The translations under genes and the position numbers were made by a program. The notes beneath the pieces are model-generated. The model did not search any database and was not told the DNA's origin. It was given only the letters and a program-made list of their open reading frames with translations. A stretch of 64,000 bases of DNA from Myxococcota bacterium (GTDB taxonomy: Bacteria > Myxococcota_A > Polyangia > JAAYKL01), in the NCBI GenBank assembly GCA_028278265.1, contig JANQET010000041.1, forward strand, positions 18,702-82,701. Direction: 5' to 3'. Numbering within the stretch: the first letter of the stretch is position 1; each line of letters opens with the position of its first letter. Of the stretch, positions 27,867 to 37,312 are shown in pieces.

Positions 27867-29735
27867 ATGAAACATCTCTTTTTTAACGCTTTTCTGTTCA
27901 TTTTAGTCGTCTCAGTTGCACCCCACCGTGTCGCTGCCCAAGAGAATTCCGCTGAGGCCCAGCGCCTGCTCGTCGAGGCGATGGAAGCCTATGCCGATTT
28001 GAAGTTGGACGAGGCCAAGCAGGCGTTCAACAAGGCGTTGGCCTTGGCTGCCGAGGGGCTCGATCGGGATACATTGGCCGATCTGTATCTCAAGTACGGG
28101 GCATTTTGGATTGGCGGGTTTGTGGAAAACCAAAAGGGACTGCAGTGCTTTCTCATCGCTCTGTGTATCGATGATTCGGTGAAGCTGGAGGCGAAATTCT
28201 ATACCCCGGGCATTGAGCTGCTCTTTCGTAAAGCCCAATCGATGGTCAATGCCACGCAGTGTCAGGAGGTGCTCGAGGGGGTGGTGCTGCCGGAAGGGTT
28301 GATCGCTCCGGGGCAAGGCGAAAGCGCTGAGTCGGATGAAGGACTGGTTCGAGAGATTCATCACGAGGGAGAGAGCACCGGAGTGCCACCGATTCCGGCC
28401 TGCGGATGGCACCGGGCGCCCAAATCCCAGCGACAACAACACGAGTTGCCGATTCACATCATCGTCAACCGACATTACCACGAACAGATCGGGCAGGTGG
28501 TCGCCCACTACGCCTTTGACAATGCCCAGGGGTTCAAGCAGCTGATCCTGGACCACTCCAGCACGGGATACGGAAAAAAAATCGATTGTGACAAAGAACG
28601 CATCGGCAGTGCCAACCCGAGTATCATCGCCTACTACATAGAGCTCTATGATCACGCGGGAAACCGCATGTGTACCCACGGCTCCCGAGAGATTCCCTTC
28701 CGCGTGATGATGATTCCCGAGGCCGATCCCCTGGGCGAGATGGGTGGTATGGTGCCGAAAAAGTGTGAGGAATCCTCTTTCGACGGGAAGCGAACGGCCA
28801 AACCCCTGCTCGGTGAACCGTGCCTGCCCGCGATCGGTTGCGCTGCCGGATTGGTCTGCGGCAAATTGGAAATGTGTGTCGAGCCCGACGACGAGCAAGC
28901 CATCGCCAAGATCGATGATTCCGAGCTGCCTGCAACCGAGCCCTCCCCCAGCCGCGTGTACATCAACGTGAGCGCCGGGGTCGGTGTGGGATATCTCAAG
29001 CAGGAGCAGTCCTTCAGTCAGTGGACCCAATATGCGGACAAGCCGTACAACGTGCTCGAACCGGTGCGCGTCGATTCTCGAGGTGCCGCCTGGAGCGGGA
29101 TGCCGATCCGCGCAGCGCTGGGGGTTCGCCTCACCGAGCGGCTCTCCCTTGAGGTGGGCGGACGGTTCGACGCCAAACCCGAAACCACCGATTCCTACAT
29201 CAGCTGTTGGGACGCCTACCGGTCTCGCAGTGACGTGACCCTGGGTCAGGTGCCCTGCGACGGGCCGCTCAACCACCCGGATGTCGATTTGGATGAGTTC
29301 GATGCTGCCAATCCCCAATCGACCGAGGCGTCGAGACAGATCGTGCTCGCGGCCCAACGCAGCGTGGCCCACCGGGACAGCACGCTGCAGCAACCCCTGA
29401 CGGAGTCGGTCACGCGGTACGCCTGGATGGTCAACCTCCGCGCGCGATATGCGCTGGCCCAAACCGAGACCCGGTTGGGTAGGTTCGATTTTTCCGCGAT
29501 AGCCGGAGTGGGGTACGGACACGCTGCCTACCGGGTCAAGGTGTCGGGCTTGGACAACAAGAGCGAGGATCGCGTTCCCAAGGTCGGTTGGGCCGTGATC
29601 GAGCTCGGTCCGGCAATGGCCTACCGGATCAACAATCACTTCAACCTGTTCCTGGATCTGCCGTTTGATCTGATTCTCGGCGACGGGTTCGCCGTCAACG
29701 CAGATATCAACCTGGGGTTGGGGGTCGGTTTCTGA
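27867..29735 (+). CDS. Secreted protein, N-terminal helical/TPR-like region and C-terminal probable outer-membrane beta-barrel
   Basis: Start MKHLFFNAFLFILVVSVAPHRVAAQEN (signal peptide). Alternating hydrophobic beta-strand pattern at the C-terminus ending ...NLGLGVGF (terminal aromatic Phe, typical of outer-membrane barrels). The upstream part of the listed ORF (27564-27866) is unlikely to be coding. Confidence 0.5.
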   Translation: MKHLFFNAFLFILVVSVAPHRVAAQENSAEAQRLLVEAMEAYADLKLDEAKQAFNKALALAAEGLDRDTLADLYLKYGAFWIGGFVENQKGLQCFLIALCIDDSVKLEAKFYTPGIELLFRKAQSMVNATQCQEVLEGVVLPEGLIAPGQGESAESDEGLVREIHHEGESTGVPPIPACGWHRAPKSQRQQHELPIHIIVNRHYHEQIGQVVAHYAFDNAQGFKQLILDHSSTGYGKKIDCDKERIGSANPSIIAYYIELYDHAGNRMCTHGSREIPFRVMMIPEADPLGEMGGMVPKKCEESSFDGKRTAKPLLGEPCLPAIGCAAGLVCGKLEMCVEPDDEQAIAKIDDSELPATEPSPSRVYINVSAGVGVGYLKQEQSFSQWTQYADKPYNVLEPVRVDSRGAAWSGMPIRAALGVRLTERLSLEVGGRFDAKPETTDSYISCWDAYRSRSDVTLGQVPCDGPLNHPDVDLDEFDAANPQSTEASRQIVLAAQRSVAHRDSTLQQPLTESVTRYAWMVNLRARYALAQTETRLGRFDFSAIAGVGYGHAAYRVKVSGLDNKSEDRVPKVGWAVIELGPAMAYRINNHFNLFLDLPFDLILGDGFAVNADINLGLGVGF

Positions 29736-29755
29736 GCCTGATTTCGATCCTGCTC

Positions 29756-30876
29756 CTACTCCGGAGTGATCGGCTCGCAGCCGTAGGCGATGAGAATCTT
29801 GTCCACTTTTCCCGACTCGACTGTTTCACAGGCCTCGCCGCAGAACTCGACGATGGTGTGCTCCGGATCGCGCCAGGTCCAGCCCACGCCCACCGCACAG
29901 TCTGCGTCGTAGAGAACGAGCTCCTCTTCACCGTCGATTTCGAAATAGAAATTCACATTGTCCACATCGACCATCGGATCGTCGGGGTGTTCGACGGTAT
30001 AGGTGCAGCTGACCAGGGTTTCGACGATTGCCGTCAACGCCTCTTCCAGACTTGCTTGGTCGTCGGCGATCAGATACTCGGTAAAATCGGTTCCGCCGTT
30101 CTGAGCGATGGCGTTGAGCTCGTCCGGAGCGACGCCGTCACCGAAACCGATGACAAACGATTTGATGTCGTGATCCTGAAGCAACTCGGTGGTGAGCTGA
30201 CCGAGGGTCTCGGGATTGACCTGGCCCATCGGGTTGTCGGCGATGCCGCATTTGTCCGCACCATCGGAAACGACCAGCAGGTAACTGTTGGCATCGTCAG
30301 CTAAGAAACCGGGCGCATAGGCGGGATTTTTGAACATTGCCATCCCATTGTAAAGGGGGGTCGAGCCCTCCGGCTCTTCGGCGTTGAGATGATCGATAAT
30401 CGTCTGCGCGTTGGTCGCGGCCGCATCCGAGATGACCGGACCGTTGACCCCACAGGTGGAGATGAATCCCGAGCCGTCCGGGAAGTAGTCCAAGCCAAAG
30501 GCCACCTTTGTTTCAAAATCAGCGACCAGCTTGATCAACGCCGCCTTGGCTTGATTCCATTTTTCCACCGGCTGGCCGTCCTCCATCACCATCGAGCTGG
30601 AGGTGTCCTGTAGAATCATCAGCTTGGGCAGCTTCACGCTAATGTTGATCTCTTGGGTATCGCACACATCGGTGTCGATAAAGTCGCTGTCATCGTCGTC
30701 GTCATCATCGTCTCAGCCACCGCCGTCGACGCCGTTGTCATTGTCGTCGTCATCATCATCGTCATCGGGAACCCCTCCATCGGAATCATCGTCAGCAGCA
30801 ACCCCGTCGTCGGAGCAGCAGCAGAAAAGCACCGATAGAAATAACCAGGTGAGAATTGTGATCAAGCGGACCATTC
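29756..30876 (-). pseudogene. VWA (von Willebrand factor A) domain lipoprotein interrupted by an in-frame TGA at 30713-30715
   Basis: Minus strand from ATG 30876: MVRLITILTWLFLSVLFCCCSDDGVAADDDSDGGVPDDDDDDDDNDNGVDGGG-TGA-DDDDDDDSDFIDTDVCDTQEIN...LQDTSSSM (MIDAS DxSxS)... Signal/lipobox, poly-Asp linker and VWA domain are all in one frame. There is no ribosome-binding site for an internal restart and no SECIS-like hairpin after the TGA. Confidence 0.45.
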
Positions 30877-31145
30877 TCTTCGACCTCCTCAGTTATGTCG
30901 TGTGTAGTGCAACTCGTCTTGTTTAAAGTAGTGCGTTGCAATGGATGTTTGGGATCCCTCTCATTTTCGCACCGCCCGTTGATTCCCGTTTCCCTGACCG
31001 CTGGGGTCGAAGTGGTGAAACTGTTGACTGCTGGAACAAACGTGAAACCTCACCGGTAACCGCGAAACATTGGGTTTCATCCGTCGGTGGCGGCATTGGC
31101 GCGTGAATGCCGATTTATCGATGGGTTCTGAGGAGTTCCCCGAGA

Positions 31146-31161
31146 TGGCACTGCCTTTGCT
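31146..31161 (+). promoter_or_regulatory. Sigma-54 (RpoN) promoter, -24/-12 elements TGGCAC-N5-TTGCT
   Basis: Perfect match to the TGGCAC-N5-TTGCW consensus. AGGAGG ribosome-binding site at 31174-31179 and ATG at 31186 of the NifX-like gene follow. Confidence 0.7.
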
Positions 31162-31185
31162 TTGTACGGCTTCAGGAGGTTTGAA

Positions 31186-31602
31186 ATGCTCGTCGCTGTT
31201 CCCCTGTTTGGCCAAGAGATCGCCCCCCGATTCGGTTTTGCCGATCTGTTTTTGATCGCCGAAATCACCGGCAGAGGGGTTGGTTCGACGGTACGTGAGG
31301 TAACCCTGACGCCAGGGTGGTCGACCAAGTTGGAGGCCTTGCGGACCATGGGTGTAGAGGTGTTGTTGTGCGGTGGGTTCAATCGCCAGTTCGTGCCCCA
31401 AGCGACCGCATTGGGCCTCACCGTCTTCGCCGGATTGACCGGCGGTGCCAGGGAGGCTGTTGAGGCGTTTGCCCGTCGGGAAACGATGCCGACCTTCTAC
31501 TGCAACCATCCGGGATCCCCAAAGGGGACCGGGCGGAACGGGAAATGTGGCTCGATCAGCGGGCCGCAAAACAGGAGAGGTATGAAAGGAGCCAGAAAAT
31601 GA
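31186..31602 (+). CDS. Dinitrogenase FeMo-cofactor-binding family protein (NifX/NifB C-terminal/NafY-like small protein)
   Basis: MLVAVPLFGQEIAPRFGFADLFLIAEI...VLLCGGFN. The layout is typical of the PF02579-type small proteins. Preceded by the sigma-54 promoter. Confidence 0.55.
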   Translation: MLVAVPLFGQEIAPRFGFADLFLIAEITGRGVGSTVREVTLTPGWSTKLEALRTMGVEVLLCGGFNRQFVPQATALGLTVFAGLTGGAREAVEAFARRETMPTFYCNHPGSPKGTGRNGKCGSISGPQNRRGMKGARK

Positions 31603-32009
31603 ATATTTGTATTCCAGTAGATGAGGACAAAGGAGAGCTGAGTCCGGTCTGTGCCCATTTCGGATCAGCGCCGATCTTCATGATGGTCGATGTGGACACG
31701 ATGGACACCACTGCCGTACCCAATGCCAACGCCCACCACGCTCACGGCATGTGCCAGCCGCTGGCCTCCCTGTACGGTCATCAAGTGGACGCAATTGTCG
31801 TCAGCCAGATCGGGATGGGCGCCCTGACCCGGTTGGAGGCGGCCCGGATTGCGGTGTATCTCTGTGAGTTTCCCACGGTCAAAGAAACGGTCGACGCGTT
31901 CAAGGCGGGAACCCTCGGCCGGGCCAATCGTGCCAATGCGTGTGGTCATCATGGAGGCGGGAAGGGTCGAGGAGCAGGGTGTGGCCATCAGCGGCGCGGT
32001 GGTGCGTGA
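31599..32009 (+). CDS. Second NifX/NafY-like FeMo-cofactor-binding family protein
   Basis: MNICIPVDEDKGELSPVCAHFGSAPIFMMVDVDT...AIVVSQIGMGA. Tandem paralog that overlaps the previous gene. Confidence 0.5.
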   Translation: MNICIPVDEDKGELSPVCAHFGSAPIFMMVDVDTMDTTAVPNANAHHAHGMCQPLASLYGHQVDAIVVSQIGMGALTRLEAARIAVYLCEFPTVKETVDAFKAGTLGRANRANACGHHGGGKGRGAGCGHQRRGGA

Positions 32010-32013
32010 GACT

Positions 32014-33420
32014 CTACTCAGCCCAACAAGAGTAGTCGGGCAGCAGGACGTAGTCGATGACCCCGTCCTGACCCGTATCATTGGTCGTCATCAGCAGATT
32101 GCCGTGCTCGTCGTATTCATGAACCACCGTTAACGTATCACTTCCGTCGATCGCTCTGGTGTAGCGGATGACGTTGCCCATTGCGTCGTACTCATAAGTG
32201 ATGCTTCGCTCCAGGATCCCGTCCAGATCTCTGTCCCTCTTAACGGTCAGCAGGCGACCCGCAGCGTCGTAGGTGTACCATTCCCGGGTTTCGACGATAC
32301 CGTCCGAATTGTAGTCGAACCTGTCCTCCAAGAGGTTGCCGTTTTGATCAAAGGTTTGCGTCAAGGTCAGGTCGATGGTGTCGTTCCCATCTTGATCGAC
32401 TTCGTGAATTTTCACCAAACCGTCGGCGCTGTAGGTATATGTTTCACGCTGGTCCACTTCAAAGCCGTCGTCCACTTCGTGGAGGACTTCGCGGCCCTGT
32501 TCATCGTATTCCCAGAGGTATCGGGTGCTGTATTGGGCTGTCGCGAACGGGGGATTGTCGAATTTGTATATCGCGACGAGATTCCCTTCGATATCGTATT
32601 CCAGATTCTCCCCTCGATCGAACTCTCCGTCAGCGTTCGTATCGATCCGCTGTTGGAGTCGGTTGCCTTGGACGTCATAGGCGGAAACGACAATTATGTC
32701 GATCACTCCGTCGGCATTGTTGTCCGCCGTGATTTTGACGATATTTCCGGCCTCGTCATACCCGAAGTATGTTGCATAGTCCAAAACGCCGTCTGCGGAG
32801 AGATCCACTTCCGAAGCGGTCTTTTGACCGTACTCGTCGTAGGTGAACACTTCTCGATAGTCGGGCAACCCGTCTCCGTCGCTGTCCGACTCGTTGGCAC
32901 ACGGTCCCGGGGCTTTGTCCGATAGCTCGGGGAACCCCGGTCGAACCTGGAATCCGATCTCCAGCGTACCGCCGAAGACAATCGTGCCGCCGGGGATGTC
33001 GAACACGTACTTCAAATGGGTGGTGGAGGTGTTGGTGACGCTGAAATCCTGATGCGCCTCCCCCTGCAAAATAGCATTCTGCAGTGTTGTCGTACCGTCC
33101 GGGTTGCGTTTGGCTATTTGCCAACCGGCGGCCAGTTGTGCGGTGTAATCGCCGGCGGCCAGATCCGCTGATAAAGTGGTCTGTTCCAAGTCATCGTCGA
33201 TGCCGACCAGCGTGGTGACCAGTCGGGGGTCCTGGACAATGTCGATCACGATGTTCTGCAACAGATAGACATCGCCGTTGTTGGTTGTCGTGACGAGTGG
33301 CAGCTGGACATTGCCCAGGTGTTCAGCGGCCGGTGGCTCCACACATGATGGGACAAAGAGGAGCGCACAAATCGTCGATGCCAAGGTAGTTAATGTTAAA
33401 TGTCGGATAGATGTGCTCAT
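32014..33420 (-). CDS. Secreted YD-repeat (RHS-like) protein
   Basis: N-terminal signal (MSTSIRHLTLTTLASTICALLFVPSC). Multiple YD repeats (YTYDAAGRLLT, YEYDAMGNVIRY, HEYDEHGNLL, YTYSADGLV, AYDVQGNRL). Confidence 0.65.
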   Translation of the reverse strand: MSTSIRHLTLTTLASTICALLFVPSCVEPPAAEHLGNVQLPLVTTTNNGDVYLLQNIVIDIVQDPRLVTTLVGIDDDLEQTTLSADLAAGDYTAQLAAGWQIAKRNPDGTTTLQNAILQGEAHQDFSVTNTSTTHLKYVFDIPGGTIVFGGTLEIGFQVRPGFPELSDKAPGPCANESDSDGDGLPDYREVFTYDEYGQKTASEVDLSADGVLDYATYFGYDEAGNIVKITADNNADGVIDIIVVSAYDVQGNRLQQRIDTNADGEFDRGENLEYDIEGNLVAIYKFDNPPFATAQYSTRYLWEYDEQGREVLHEVDDGFEVDQRETYTYSADGLVKIHEVDQDGNDTIDLTLTQTFDQNGNLLEDRFDYNSDGIVETREWYTYDAAGRLLTVKRDRDLDGILERSITYEYDAMGNVIRYTRAIDGSDTLTVVHEYDEHGNLLMTTNDTGQDGVIDYVLLPDYSCWAE

Positions 33421-33837
33421 TGCTTTCCTTTCTTCTTCTCTACACTAATAGAAATCTGAGTGAGGATCGGTGGTCATCAGCGAATCAATCGTGACAACCC
33501 ATTAATGATAATGTCGGTGCAAAAGCGTCCGTTTCCGCGCAAAAGCGTCTGTTTCCGCAATACGGCCGGGTGCGACTTCAATGAAAAACAGTGCAATGAC
33601 GTGCCCATAAATAATTAAACGATAATCTTGTTCTCCGCGATAGTGCCCTGCTGCCGGGAACGCCTCCTTTCCGAGCCAAAAATCGCAGCCGTCACACCCG
33701 CTCCGCAAGAGAAACTGAGGGTTGGACCCGGCAATGGCGCGAAGATTCAAGTTTTGCCGAGATTACCGCAGGATGGCGATTTTGGGATGATTTCTTGACC
33801 GGCATCAGGGGAGTCGGGATAGTGGGAAGATCCCAAG

Positions 33838-35100
33838 ATGGATTGTGAGGGGAGTGCGTCGATGAAAGAGATCAGCAAGATATTCGAGTCGCTCTACGGC
33901 GATTTTCTGCTGCGGGATCTGTTTGCCAAAATCGTCCCCGGATTCGTCGTGCTGGCCACTGTCTTTTGTCTTCACGACGCCGATCGATTTGAGAAGGTGA
34001 TCGTGCTGTTCAACTGGGCCGCTATTCTGCTCGCCGCCGGGGTGTGCTGGATCTTGGGGTTCGGCATCCAGCAATTGGGGGAACTGACAAAATTACTAAA
34101 ACACCACCCAAAGAGCTTCGACGATTCAAAAAAGCGGTACGGACTACGGACTGAGTTTGATCGGTTCGCATCTGACAAAGAAAAAAAACAGACCGAACGC
34201 TATGCGGTGATCAAAGAATCGACCGGTAATCTCGCCACGGCACTGCTGGTGGTGATCGTCATGCTGGTGGCAAATCGGCTGTACGAGGTGATCTCAGATC
34301 CCATCTATGCGCCAGATATAAAAATAGATGAGATAGCTGTGCTCATGTTGTTCGGTGCAACCGATTACTTGCTGTGGCGGGCCAGTCGCTCCCATGCAAA
34401 AAAGCACTATGTATTCATGGAAACAGCCCATGAATTGAGAAAGGACGCAGGTCGCCAACTAACGACAAGCGCAGCTATTTTCAATTTTGATGGGATCATC
34501 CTCGATACCATGCCCAAGCAGGAATCCCTGTGGAGGAGTGCAGCGAGCAAGATTGACGACACCCAGACAAAAAGACTGTTGGAAAACTTTCGCAGAGGTA
34601 AAGTGGGCGCACAAATATTCGAGAATTTGTCGATTAGCACCATTGTACAACATGAGCTCCTCGAGCAGTATAATCGAGATTGGCTTGAAAACAGAGCAAA
34701 GGTTCAGTTGGTATGGGGCGCGGTAGAGGCGCTGCGGGAGCTCGAACCCCGTATGGTGCTCGCCATCGCATCATCTGCGCCAAGGGACTACATCCTCGAC
34801 CACCTCAATAAAAACGGATTGGGTGATCTGTTTTCCACTGTGGTGACCGACAAAGAGGTCAATCGCGCGAAACCCGATCCGGAAATGTTGTACCGCATTG
34901 CGGGAAAAACAGGGGTGCCGGCCAGTCGAACCATCATGATTGGCGATTCATGGGATGATGCCAAAATGGCTGAACAGGCCGGGATGGAATTCATCCTGTT
35001 TCAACACGCCAATAGAACCGATATTGTCCCAAATCTCAAACCGGTCACCGCCTGGAAAGATCTCAAGAATAGAATCCTTAGGTGGCTGCCCAGCGAATAG
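33838..35100 (+). CDS. Membrane-anchored HAD-superfamily hydrolase (beta-phosphoglucomutase-like C-terminal domain)
   Basis: The N-terminal ~220 aa carry 3-4 TM helices. C-terminal HAD motifs are FNFDGIILDT (motif I, DxD) and IMIGDSWDDAKMA (motif IV). Lower-GC region. Confidence 0.6.
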   Translation: MDCEGSASMKEISKIFESLYGDFLLRDLFAKIVPGFVVLATVFCLHDADRFEKVIVLFNWAAILLAAGVCWILGFGIQQLGELTKLLKHHPKSFDDSKKRYGLRTEFDRFASDKEKKQTERYAVIKESTGNLATALLVVIVMLVANRLYEVISDPIYAPDIKIDEIAVLMLFGATDYLLWRASRSHAKKHYVFMETAHELRKDAGRQLTTSAAIFNFDGIILDTMPKQESLWRSAASKIDDTQTKRLLENFRRGKVGAQIFENLSISTIVQHELLEQYNRDWLENRAKVQLVWGAVEALRELEPRMVLAIASSAPRDYILDHLNKNGLGDLFSTVVTDKEVNRAKPDPEMLYRIAGKTGVPASRTIMIGDSWDDAKMAEQAGMEFILFQHANRTDIVPNLKPVTAWKDLKNRILRWLPSE

Positions 35101-35234
35101 GGGCTTTCGCACCAAGGATCAGTAGGTGTCCAAGACAGGCCGAAAGTCGCGTGATAAACCAGCGGTGGGAGGCCATCCAAGTAATTGGGTGGATTGTCCC
35201 GAGGGATAGCTTCACTTTTCTCCGAGAGGCTGAC

Positions 35235-36641
35235 TCAGCGATTCGCTGATTCGATGCGGTGTTTTTTCATCTTGCGCCAGAGGGTGGTGCGGCTGATTTG
35301 CAGCGCCTGGGCGGTTTTTCCCAGATGACCCCGATTCGCCTTGAGGGCGTTGCGAATCACTTCCACCTCGGCCAATTGCAACTGTGACGGTGGCTGCTCC
35401 TCTCTGGTACCCTCCGGACATTCGTCGAGCGGGATCACGTCCTCGGGGAGATGGTGGAGATCGATTGTGCCGTTGTGACACAGCACGAAGCCGTATTCGA
35501 TGATGTTCTCCAGCTCTCGGACGTTGCCGGGAAAATCGTGGCGCATCAATGCCTCCATCACCGCGGGCGTGACCCCGGCGATCCGTTTGCCCCGTTTGGC
35601 ATTGAAGCGTTGGACAAAGTGATCGACGAGCAGGGGGATGTCCCCCCGGCGTTTACAGAGCGGCGGAATGTTGAGGCGAATCACGGCCAGGCGGAAGTAG
35701 AGATCATCGCGAAATTGATCCTCGCTGACCATCGCAGCCAACTTGCGATTGGTCGCCGCAACGACCCGCACATTGGCCTTGAGCGTCTTGGTCCCCCCGA
35801 GCGGTTCGTACTCCCGCTCCTGCAGGACGCGCAGCAGCTTGACCTGGGTCGGCGGCGGCAGCTCGGCCACCTCGTCGAAAAAGATCGTGCCCCGTTCGGC
35901 CAGGGCAATGCGGCCTGGCTTGGAGCGCTTGGCATCGGTAAAGGCCCCTTGCACGTAGCCGAACAACTCGGACTCGAACAGATTGGCCGGCAGGGTGCCG
36001 CAGTTGACCACCACGTAGGGTTCGTTGCTGCGGGTGCTCAGATTGTGCACCGCCCGAGCCAGCAGCTCCTTGCCCGAGCCGCTCGGTCCTTCAATCAGCA
36101 CGGTGGATTCACTTTCGGCGATGTCGGGCAGGATGGCGAAGATCTTCTGGAACGCCTCGCTCTTGCCGACAATATCCTCGAAGGTGTACCGATTGGTGAT
36201 CTCCCGGCGTAGCTGTTCAATCGCCGACAGATCGCGAAACGTCTCCACCGCGCCCAATAGATTTCCCTCGTCGTCGTGCATCGCCGCAGTGCTGACGCTG
36301 ATCGGAATAGAGCGGCCCTGGCGGTCGAGAATTCTGGCGGGCAGGTCGATCTGCTCACAACCGGTCTTGAGCGTCTGGCGCAGGGCGCACCCCCGCTCGC
36401 AGATATTGGCGTGAAACACGTCGGAGCAGCGCCGGCCGATGGCCTCGGCGGCAGACATTCCGGTGATACGCTCTGCCGCGCGATTGAATGAGGTGATGCG
36501 CCACTGTCGATCCACGGTGAACACCCCGTCGGCGATGGAGTTCAAGATGGTTTCGGTAAATCTCTTTTCTTTGTCCGGACTGAGCAATATCGGTTGCTGG
36601 GGTTCTGCTGGGGTCACTGATCCTCCTGGTGAAACGTTCAT
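35235..36641 (-). CDS. Sigma-54-dependent Fis-family transcriptional activator with N-terminal Cys-containing PAS domain
   Basis: PAS domain (FTVDRQWRITSFNRAAERITGMSAAEAIGRRCSDVFHANICERGCALRQTL). AAA+ sigma-54 motifs (GPSGSGKELLARAVH, GAFTDA, GTIFFDEV). C-terminal HTH (LGKTAQALQISRTTLWRKMKKH). Confidence 0.85.
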   Translation of the reverse strand: MNVSPGGSVTPAEPQQPILLSPDKEKRFTETILNSIADGVFTVDRQWRITSFNRAAERITGMSAAEAIGRRCSDVFHANICERGCALRQTLKTGCEQIDLPARILDRQGRSIPISVSTAAMHDDEGNLLGAVETFRDLSAIEQLRREITNRYTFEDIVGKSEAFQKIFAILPDIAESESTVLIEGPSGSGKELLARAVHNLSTRSNEPYVVVNCGTLPANLFESELFGYVQGAFTDAKRSKPGRIALAERGTIFFDEVAELPPPTQVKLLRVLQEREYEPLGGTKTLKANVRVVAATNRKLAAMVSEDQFRDDLYFRLAVIRLNIPPLCKRRGDIPLLVDHFVQRFNAKRGKRIAGVTPAVMEALMRHDFPGNVRELENIIEYGFVLCHNGTIDLHHLPEDVIPLDECPEGTREEQPPSQLQLAEVEVIRNALKANRGHLGKTAQALQISRTTLWRKMKKHRIESANR

Positions 36642-36817
36642 CTCCTATTGTGCAAAAAAGCAACATTCGTACCGCACGACGGCGTCGGGATGATTGTCCC
36701 GGGAACGCTGGTGTTCATCGTCATCAAACAACGACTCACCAATGCGCTTGTGTTTCAATGGTGAGCCGCTTCGGTGAAACATGAAACAATTTGAAACAGC
36801 GGGTGAATCAGTCGGGA

Positions 36818-37231
36818 TCAACCGAGGATTTTGGCAATCGTCTTCAACAGCTCTTGTTGGTCAATTGGCTTGGGGATGAATCCGTCAGGCGGTGGGGCCG
36901 ACTTGCGGGAGTTCAGAAATCGTTTGAACGGCTCGGGATCTTTGCCGTAGTAAGTCACCGCAGTCACCACGACCACCGGGATATCCGATAGGCCGGGTTG
37001 GGCTTTCAAATCCCGGTAGAAGCGAATGCCCGATTGCTCCGGCATCGTGATATCGAGACAGACCAAGTCGGGTTTGCTTCGCTCCACCGCCTCCATCGCC
37101 TCCCGTCCATTGGATGCGGTCTCGGTTTCGTAACCGTTGTCCTCCAGCAGGGTCTTGATGTAGGTCACCACGTGGGGTTCGTCGTCGACCACCAATATCG
37201 TCTTTTTCGTTTGGGGTGTTGTGTCGGTCAT
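36818..37231 (-). CDS. Single-domain response regulator (CheY-like receiver)
   Basis: MTDTTPQTKKTILVVDDEPHVV...LVCLDITMPEQSG...PVVVVTA...KP receiver motifs. Confidence 0.75.
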   Translation of the reverse strand: MTDTTPQTKKTILVVDDEPHVVTYIKTLLEDNGYETETASNGREAMEAVERSKPDLVCLDITMPEQSGIRFYRDLKAQPGLSDIPVVVVTAVTYYGKDPEPFKRFLNSRKSAPPPDGFIPKPIDQQELLKTIAKILG

Positions 37232-37312
37232 CCGGTCTCTCCTTCGACAGGGATCATTGTTCCCCCGGGTTAGGGACAGTCGTGTCAATCGACCACTGTC
37301 CCGCAACCGGGA

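Noticed and set aside
30713-30715. Selenocysteine at the in-frame TGA of the VWA lipoprotein
   Set aside because: No SECIS-like stem-loop with a GU apical loop follows the TGA. The codon sits in a poly-Asp linker, not a redox motif. The preceding codons are GGC GGT GGC, so GGA->TGA is the simpler explanation. Kept as a pseudogene/error call.
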